From NCBI GenBank assembly GCA_021787635.1, contig JAJYLO010000001.1:1-59734 (forward strand): a stretch of 59,734 nt of DNA. Direction: 5' to 3'. Positions 51,640 through 59,734 of this stretch are shown piece after piece. Every line of letters starts with the position of its first letter. Position 1 is the stretch's first letter. The position numbers and the translations under genes were made by a program. The stretch comes from a bacterium. Its GTDB lineage: Bacteria > Patescibacteriota > Microgenomatia > UBA1406 > GWC2-37-13. The notes below the pieces were generated by a model. It made no database searches and was not told where the DNA came from. It was given only the letters and a program-made list of their open reading frames with translations.

Positions 51640-54315
51640 ATGTCGGCTAAATATCAACCGCAAGAATTCGAAAAAAAATGGATTGAACACTGGGATAAAA
51701 ATAAAACGAATAAAACCATCAATCCGGACAAAAATCGCCAAAAGGAATATATACTAGCAATGTTTCCGTATCCGTCCGGTGCCGGTCTGCATGTTGGTCA
51801 CGTCCGTGTATATACCGGTACAGACGTTTTAGCCCGTTACTTTCGAATGAATGGTCGCGCAGTTATGAATCCGATGGGTTGGGATGCTTTTGGTCTGCCG
51901 GCGGAAAATGCTGCCATTAAGGCGAAAAAAAATCCGATGGATATGGTGCCGGAGCATATTGTTAACTTTAAAAAGCAGATGAAAATGTTGGGGTTCTCCA
52001 ATGACTGGGACAAGGAATTGGCAACGACTGACCCCAACTACTACAAATGGACCCAGTGGTTATTTATCCAATTTTACAAAATGGGGCTATTATATAAAAA
52101 AAATACCCCGATTAATTTCTGCCCGGTTTGTAAAACCGGTTTGGCTGAAGAGGAAGTGCTACCCAATGGTACGCATGAACGGTGTGGTAACAAAATCGAA
52201 AAACGGGAATTGCCGCAGTGGATTTTTAAAATCACGGATTACGCGGATCGTTTACTGGCGGATTTAGACAGATTAGATTGGCCAAAGGGGATTTTGGAAA
52301 TGCAACGGAACTGGATCGGACGTAAAGAGGGTATGAATATTACGTACGATGTTGTCGATAATAAGGATGTTCGATACCGCGTTTCTCACTCCAGTGGGTC
52401 TCCTAGCCACTTCGTGGCAGACATCCCAAGCCGTTCAAAACGGATATCTTCGCTTCCGATTATCGACAAAATAACATGTTTCACCACTCGACCAGATACT
52501 AATTTTGGCGCCACATTTATCGTGTTAGCACCTGAACACCCGTTCGTCGCTTCGCTCCTAAATTCAAAAATCAAAATTCAAAAATCAAAATGGGGAGAAA
52601 TAAAACAATATGTTGAAAAGGCAAAAGCAAAAACGGAAATGGAGCGGGAAGCAGAAAGCCGGAAAAAAACCGGCGTATCAACCGGTTTTTACGCCGTCAA
52701 TAACTTGACCGGTAAATTAATGCCGGTGTGGGTATCCGATTTTGTCCTGATGGGTTTTGGCACCGGCGCCGTCGTCGGTGTTCCCGGTCATGATATGCGC
52801 GACTTTGAATTTGCCAGGGAATTCGGTCTGGAAATAATCCGGGTGGTTGTCGGCCGCGATGGCGATAAATCACCAATTACCAAAAAGGAGCAGATTCAGG
52901 AAAAAGAAGGATCGATGATAAATTCGGAATTCCTTAACGGATTGGATATTCATGAAGCCACAAAGAAAATTATGGATTATTTGGAAGAAAAAGGTTGGGG
53001 AAAACGGCAGGTGACTTACCATTTGCGCGACTGGATTTTTTCGCGGCAGCGATATTGGGGTGAGCCGATCCCGATGATTTTTTGCGAAAAATGCGCAAAA
53101 AATCAAGTTCAAAGTTCAAAATTCAAAGTTCAAAATGGGATGGCTGGATGGTATCCGGTTCCTGAAGACCAACTACCAGTTAAGCTACCTTACGTCAAAA
53201 GTTATGAGCCAACGGGAACAGGGGAGTCGCCGTTATCTGCCATTAAAGATTGGATGAATACAACTTGTCCGAAGTGCGGCGCGCCGGCGAAAAGAGAGAC
53301 GGACACGATGCCGAATTGGGCGGGAAGCTGCTGGTATTTTATCGCATTTGCGTTTTGGGGAGAAAATAGCAATTCGGAAACGGAAAGAATAGCTTTTGCT
53401 TCATTGCCGCCATCAATTGGAAATTGGAAATTAAAAATTGAAAATTCGGGTAACCGTTGGTTACCCGTTGATTGGTATTTGGGCGGCGCCGAACATGCCG
53501 TTTTACATTTATTATATTCCCGTTTCTGGGTGAAAGCCCTGTATGATTTAAAATTGCTGGATTTCAAAGAGCCGTTTGCGCGCTTAAGGAATCTGGGAAT
53601 GATTATTGCTGCCGACCACCGGAAAATGAGCAAGTCTTTCGGTAATGTCATTAATCCCGATGATGTCGCCGCCGAATTCGGTGTCGACGCGCTGCGGATT
53701 TATGAAATGTTCATGGCCCCTTTCAGCCAGGAAATCGCCTGGTCGGATACGGCACTGCAGGGATCGTACCGGTTTATAAAAAGAGTGTGGGCGATGTATC
53801 AACAATATGGTACCATTGCGAGGAGCGAAGCGACGAAGCAAAATGACAATCTTGTTGTTAAATTAAACAAAACCATTGCCAAAGTGACCGCCGATATTCC
53901 ATTGACCAAATTCAATACCGCAGTGGCGGCGATGATGGAATTTTTGAACGAGTGGGAAAACAATTATTTGTCTGACGATAACGCAAAAAAATTTCTGCAA
54001 ATTTTGGCGCCGTTTGCTCCTTTCACCACGGAAGAAATCTGGCATGAAATTTTCGGCGAAAAAGAGTCGATTCATTTATCGGCCTGGCCGAAAGCGAAAG
54101 AAACCACTGTTGTCGAAGAAGAAATAACGATTCCGGTGCAGGTGAACGGGAAAGTGAGGGCAGTAATAAAAATTCAAAATTCAAAATTCAAAATTCAAAG
54201 TGATGTTGAAAAACAAGCGATACAAGACGAGAAAGTAAAGAAATATGTGGAGGGGAAAAAGTATAAAGCGATTTACGTACCGGGAAAAATCCTTAACTTT
54301 GTATTAACAAGCTAA
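51640..54315 (+). CDS. leuS: Leucyl-tRNA synthetase (with several low-complexity in-frame insertions)
   Basis: MFPYPSGAGLHVGHVRVY (HIGH-type), TTRPDTNFGATF, KMSKSFGN. The start is set at ATG 51640 (MSAKYQPQEFEKKW). Confidence 0.95.
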   Translation: MSAKYQPQEFEKKWIEHWDKNKTNKTINPDKNRQKEYILAMFPYPSGAGLHVGHVRVYTGTDVLARYFRMNGRAVMNPMGWDAFGLPAENAAIKAKKNPMDMVPEHIVNFKKQMKMLGFSNDWDKELATTDPNYYKWTQWLFIQFYKMGLLYKKNTPINFCPVCKTGLAEEEVLPNGTHERCGNKIEKRELPQWIFKITDYADRLLADLDRLDWPKGILEMQRNWIGRKEGMNITYDVVDNKDVRYRVSHSSGSPSHFVADIPSRSKRISSLPIIDKITCFTTRPDTNFGATFIVLAPEHPFVASLLNSKIKIQKSKWGEIKQYVEKAKAKTEMEREAESRKKTGVSTGFYAVNNLTGKLMPVWVSDFVLMGFGTGAVVGVPGHDMRDFEFAREFGLEIIRVVVGRDGDKSPITKKEQIQEKEGSMINSEFLNGLDIHEATKKIMDYLEEKGWGKRQVTYHLRDWIFSRQRYWGEPIPMIFCEKCAKNQVQSSKFKVQNGMAGWYPVPEDQLPVKLPYVKSYEPTGTGESPLSAIKDWMNTTCPKCGAPAKRETDTMPNWAGSCWYFIAFAFWGENSNSETERIAFASLPPSIGNWKLKIENSGNRWLPVDWYLGGAEHAVLHLLYSRFWVKALYDLKLLDFKEPFARLRNLGMIIAADHRKMSKSFGNVINPDDVAAEFGVDALRIYEMFMAPFSQEIAWSDTALQGSYRFIKRVWAMYQQYGTIARSEATKQNDNLVVKLNKTIAKVTADIPLTKFNTAVAAMMEFLNEWENNYLSDDNAKKFLQILAPFAPFTTEEIWHEIFGEKESIHLSAWPKAKETTVVEEEITIPVQVNGKVRAVIKIQNSKFKIQSDVEKQAIQDEKVKKYVEGKKYKAIYVPGKILNFVLTS
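52561..52590. repeat. Heptamer tract in leuS (aattcaa aaatcaa x2)
   Basis: aattcaaaaatcaaaattcaaaaatcaaaa encodes NSKIKIQKSK. Confidence 0.8.
53104..53136. repeat. Heptamer tract in leuS (AARTTC-A x4-5)
   Basis: caagttc aaagttc aaaattc aaagttc aaaat encodes QVQSSKFKVQN. Confidence 0.8.
53415..53449. repeat. Heptamer tract in leuS (AATTGRA x5)
   Basis: aattgga aattgga aattaaa aattgaa aattcgg encodes IGNWKLKIENSG. Confidence 0.8.
53813..53845. repeat. Second copy of the 'cattgcgaggagcgaagcgacgaagcaa' element, in frame in leuS
   Basis: ccattgcgaggagcgaagcgacgaagcaaaatg encodes TIARSEATKQN. About 80% identical to 29537-29570 by eye. Confidence 0.65.
54169..54196. repeat. Four perfect tandem heptamers AAAATTC in leuS
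   Basis: aaaattc x4 encodes KIQNSKFKIQ. Confidence 0.9.
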
Positions 54316-54316
54316 T

Positions 54317-54919
54317 ATGTTTACCTATCCCAACCGGGAAAAATTTGCCGCTGCCGTCCAACAGCAGCTTGAACCGAATATTTACAAGCATTCTTTGGCG
54401 CTGGAAGCCTGCATGGCCGGTTTATACGATTATTTTGCGGTCAATAATTTATTGGGAGCAAACGAACCGCCGAAAGAAGAATGGCTACTGGCAGGCTTGG
54501 TACATGACATTGACTATTCCGGCGAATACAAACCGTTTCACCCCACCAAAACATTGGAAGTCTTGCAAAAATACGGTTTATCGTTGCCGGAAAATGTTCA
54601 TCATATCGTCAAAGTCCACGCCCCGGCCATTACCGGCCAGAAACAGGAAACAAAAGCTGACTGGGCGATATTTTGTGCCGATAGTCTGACTGGATTGATT
54701 GTAGCGACGGCCCTTGTTTATCCGAGCAAAAAATTAGCGGACGTTAAACTTTCATCAGTGATGAAACGGCTCCTCAAAGAGCCGCGTTTTGCCGCTGGCA
54801 CAAGGCGAGAAGAGATAAAAATGTGCAGCGATCCGCAAGGCTTAAATTTGCCGGCGGAAAAATTTGTCGAAATTTGTCTTAACTCCATGAAAGCAATTGC
54901 GCCGGAATTAGGGGTGTAA
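54317..54919 (+). CDS. HD-domain metal-dependent phosphohydrolase
   Basis: HSLALEACM..AGLVHDIDY. Confidence 0.7.
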   Translation: MFTYPNREKFAAAVQQQLEPNIYKHSLALEACMAGLYDYFAVNNLLGANEPPKEEWLLAGLVHDIDYSGEYKPFHPTKTLEVLQKYGLSLPENVHHIVKVHAPAITGQKQETKADWAIFCADSLTGLIVATALVYPSKKLADVKLSSVMKRLLKEPRFAAGTRREEIKMCSDPQGLNLPAEKFVEICLNSMKAIAPELGV

Positions 54920-54926
54920 ATTTTAG

Positions 54927-55676
54927 TTACTTACCAAGAAGGACAACGATATCAGCTCCGGCTGAAGCCTCGCCTTTAGGTAGTATATCGGTGATTTCTC
55001 CAGCAAAAATAGACTGCAGTTTACGAACCGTGTCTGAATGTGTGCCGGCGATGTCGACAATTTCTGTCCCTTGATAATCTCCCAAAGCATTGCCAACTAT
55101 AACAACATCAGCCCCCGGAATTTTTTCAATAATTGTTTCTTTTGACAAACTGGCAAAACCTTCGACTTTCGTTCCATTGTAAATAGCAATCTTTATTTTA
55201 GATACAGATGTTGGCGGTGGAGTCGATTGCGTAACAGTTGCCGTCTTAGCAGAAGAGGAAGAATTAATATTAATCGGCATCACTTCTATAATCTTATTGA
55301 CTGATGGACGATATAAAAAGGCTTTTTTTGCTTTTATATAAATTAAAGCCTTATCTCCATCGGCCGCATTGTAAAAAAATGGTTGGCTTTTAACTTTATT
55401 TACGTCCGTAACCGTAGCTACAGTTGGCATCTCGTCAGCCGGTAAAACAATTATCTGACCAACCTTTTTTACTAATGCTGCCGCTTCAGATTCTGGGGAT
55501 GCGGATTGTGTGGCTTCATTTTTATATCGACTGTAGAAATAAATGACTGTTAAAAACAAAATAAGACAAACTACCAAAATTATTATAAAAACTCGATTTT
55601 TTTTAGTTACTGATTTATTAGCCGAAGTTAAATCCATATAATAATTAATCATAACCTGATATCCATCATAATACAA
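54927..55676 (-). CDS. LytR_C-domain (cell-envelope-related) membrane-anchored protein
   Basis: Single TM. C-terminal IKIAIYNGTKVEGFAS..VVIVGNA..GTEIVDI..GADIVVLLG. The start is uncertain (Met1, 9 or 14). Confidence 0.7.
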   Translation of the reverse strand: MYYDGYQVMINYYMDLTSANKSVTKKNRVFIIILVVCLILFLTVIYFYSRYKNEATQSASPESEAAALVKKVGQIIVLPADEMPTVATVTDVNKVKSQPFFYNAADGDKALIYIKAKKAFLYRPSVNKIIEVMPININSSSSAKTATVTQSTPPPTSVSKIKIAIYNGTKVEGFASLSKETIIEKIPGADVVIVGNALGDYQGTEIVDIAGTHSDTVRKLQSIFAGEITDILPKGEASAGADIVVLLGK

Positions 55677-55786
55677 GGTAGAAACTTAATGTAGGCCGGC
55701 TATGTGATTTAAGGCTCCACAGTGCTGTACCAAATATTTTCTTGCTTACAAAAAATAATTTTCCAACTGTCAAATGAAAATAAAAG

Positions 55787-58331
55787 TCAGAATGTGAATG
55801 GTTGCCTGATCCCGGAAGAGTCAAACCATTCCCCGTGGCGTAAAAGTTGATTGGTGCTTGGACCGGAAGAAATGGCCGATGAGTTGGGAGTGGTAATATA
55901 ATCAGAAGAGGTGTTTTGTTCAAGCTTCCAACCACCACTGTTATTACTAGTAGAACTAGTATTGATGACAAATTCTGTATATAGTTTTTCACCTGATGCC
56001 CAGTTGGTAGAGGCGCCTGTAAAGCTTACTGTTTGCTGTGATGATAGAGTGCCACTTGAGGGAATTGTGCCGATTGTCGTTTGTGCCCAGCCGCTGCCTG
56101 AAGGAGCCGACGCATCGGTTGGGGAGATGGCGGAAACTTGTGTGCACGTTCCGCCCGAACAGGTTACTTTCAAGACCCGATACCAGAGCACTGTAGTTGT
56201 GGGTGCGTTGCGGCTATAAGTGACGGAGTATATATATCCGATTGTCCATGTCCCCGAGGGAGTATTTTGTCCATCAAGTTGAGTGCCGGTATTGATCCAG
56301 CCGTTGTTTGTCGGTGTAGTCGGCAAAGACGACGCACTTGTACCAAGAGAGGTGGTATTGGTGACACTGGGCTGAAATTGATAAAAACCAGTACTTTTGG
56401 CGTTTTGGGCAAATGTAGTTACGTCCGAGGAAGAATTGCTTGTCGTACTATATAAATTAGAGGTTGTTGAATAAGGAGATGAACCGGCGGTAGTGGTGGT
56501 ATAAAAAGTATTAACTGCATCGGCGGCAATTTGCCATTGACGCATTTCCGTAAAAATACTACTTCCACTCTTATCGACAAAACTCAAAGGTCCCAATAAA
56601 TAAAATTGCGGCGAAACGGCTGGCGGTAGAAATTGGTAACCCAGGGTAAGTTTATCGCCTTTTTTGATCGAAACGTTCCAGGATAAAACTCTAACCGAGA
56701 TATCGGAACCGAGCGCCGAGTAAGGAAGATAAGATAAAGGGTCAACCTTACCGTAATACCCATTCTGATAATTTGGGTTATTCGGCTCTATACCAAAGTG
56801 AAGATGTGGTCCGGTGGCATAACCGGTTTCACCTGATAAGCCAATAACATCGCCTTTTTTGACTACCTGACCGGTGGTGACTTTTATACTGTCCAGATGT
56901 CCATAAATTGATTTTCCCCACGAGTGCCTTATCACGACGGTTTTACCGTATGAGTTGTCAATAGTCAATATTTTACCATCATCAACGGCTATAATCGGTG
57001 TATTCATCGGCACGCCGAAATCAATTCCGTCATGAGCGGTGAGATGGTTTTTCGTCAGTTCATTGACTATAAAAGGATCGTTGCTTGTTTCTCCAAAATT
57101 AAAGTCAATCGGATAGTTACCATCAAAAGGCATCCGCAACCCGAGGCTGATGTTATCATTCTGGCCATCACTTTTAGATTTTAATGTCGCTGTTCCCGAT
57201 GCATCATATTTGGTTACTAATGGATCGTTTAACGGTGAAATTGTAAAATTTTCGGGAACGGTTTCTTTGATTGTTCCGGTAAAGTCCTGATTGGCAAGAA
57301 TATTTATTTTTACCGGATATGTTTTTAAAGGGTAAATGCGTGTTGCCGATTGTCTTTCCACATCAAAGGCGACTGAATCTCTAACTTCAAATGCGTCGGA
57401 AACGGTATGCGTGCCATTTTTATCCACCGCGGTCAGATCCATATTATATGTTCCTGTTGGTCCGACTTGATAGTGAGCCTCATAATCGGGATTAAGGGTA
57501 TAATCATGAATTTTGCAGTCGGGGTTAATGACGATTTTGCCGTTATCGGTTGATAAAATATCATCGATCTTTGCCGAATTATTAGTTATATGCAGGGTTA
57601 CTTTGGCATCACAAACCATCGCTCCTTGACTATCAAGCACCGCCATCGCAATATCCGCCGTCTCATTAGGCAGATAAATTGATTTATTGGTATTTATAGC
57701 AAGCACTCCCCAAATAAAGGATTGTTCCTCTGTATGGCCCAATTCATCAGTCACTTTTAGCGTGTACTTTCCGGGTCTGGTGTTGGGGGGCGGATCAAGC
57801 ATCAGGATAACTTCATTGCCGATGGTCTTTTTTCTTATAACTACCGGGACGTTATCACCGCTATTGTTGATTAATTCTGCTTTTAGATTTACTCCTTGTG
57901 CATTAAAAATCTGTACCGACATAGTCTCCTGTCCGGTCAATTCATTTTTTGAAAGCAGTGACATCTTTATCGGCTGGCGAATCACCGCCGAACTTTGAGT
58001 TGTCTGATCGTATAAGGGGAGAGTGGGGACTAGGGTCGGCGTTGGAGACGAGGTGATGGTTGGAAGAATGCTTGGTGACGGTGTTAAGGTAACTTCCGGA
58101 TTGATAGTCGGCGTGATTGTTGCCGAAGGAGTAGCGGTTGGCGTGGGGATTATAGTTGGAAAGGAAGTTGGTGATGGAGACGGTGTGACTGAAGGAGAGG
58201 GTATTGCTGTTGGGGTAGGTGAGGTTATTGCCGCCGACGGCGTTGCCTCTTGAGCATAAATAATAGCGGCATAATTGTTGAGCAACAGCAAAGATATTAT
58301 TACAAAAGAAGCGATTTTTTTTATAAATCTA

Positions 58332-58348
<17 letters not shown>
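55787..58348 (-). CDS. Large secreted M23-family metallopeptidase with a Pro/Thr-rich linker and beta-rich flanking domains
   Basis: Signal peptide. (P/T/S)-rich 90 aa. [47 protein letters not shown]. Confidence 0.85.

Positions 58349-59734
<1,386 letters not shown>

Noticed and set aside
55666-55992. 108-aa ORF overlapping the 3' end of the M23 peptidase gene and the LytR_C gene start
   Set aside because: It is a shadow ORF in another frame of a well-supported gene, with no motifs.

Overview
Gene-dense 59.7-kb window with about 55 protein-coding genes on both strands, read with the standard genetic code (TGA, TAA and TAG all end conserved genes). I recognised no rRNA, tRNA, CRISPR array, transposase or full-length integrase. 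All calls come from reading the translations and the DNA by eye; no searches or alignments were run.

I infer a reduced, CPR/Patescibacteria-like (Microgenomates-type) bacterium from several traits:
- split transketolase
- archaeal-type TyrRS, NMNAT and PPAT/dephospho-CoA kinase
- ComEC/ComEA
- many huge surface proteins
- little Shine-Dalgarno signal and leaderless-looking promoters

Layout:
1. 1-15.3 kb: glycan-biosynthesis island. It holds two GT2 enzymes, a nucleotide-sugar dehydrogenase, an epimerase, two methyltransferases, about five very large polytopic GT-C/YfhO/Wzy-like membrane proteins, and one GT-C protein fused to an NPCBM-like lectin domain.
2. 15.3-24.8 kb: one long minus-strand surface-appendage operon. 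It encodes an integrase-SAM-like mini-protein; a 1524-aa membrane-anchored giant with the same DNA-binding-type N-domain; a four-helix-bundle ORF fused to a Cys-rich type IV pilin; a tail-fibre-like protein with an S74 chaperone domain; and a secreted repeat protein. A Wzy_C+TPR protein closes the operon. A 540-bp AT-rich region with 17-bp iterons lies upstream.
3. 25.3-29.2 kb and 34.3-36.1 kb: two paralogous modules that look like the WxL/DUF916 (Csc) cell-surface clusters of Gram-positives.
4. comEC (split by one in-frame TAG), comEA and a truncated rnhB remnant.
5. secE-nusG-rplK-rplA.
6. Housekeeping genes: tkt, acs, tyrS, RRM protein, tgt, nadE, NMNAT, PPAT-DPCK fusion, leuS.
7. An M23 peptidase giant and a collagen-like (GxT)n protein whose 153-bp tandem repeat runs off the right edge.

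The most unusual signal is not a gene. Families of short heptamer-periodic tracts and hairpins and small palindromic elements are scattered through intergenic DNA and sit in frame inside essential genes (leuS, tgt, tkt, rplA). One such pair of inverted heptamer tracts brackets the four-helix-bundle ORF in front of the pilin gene.
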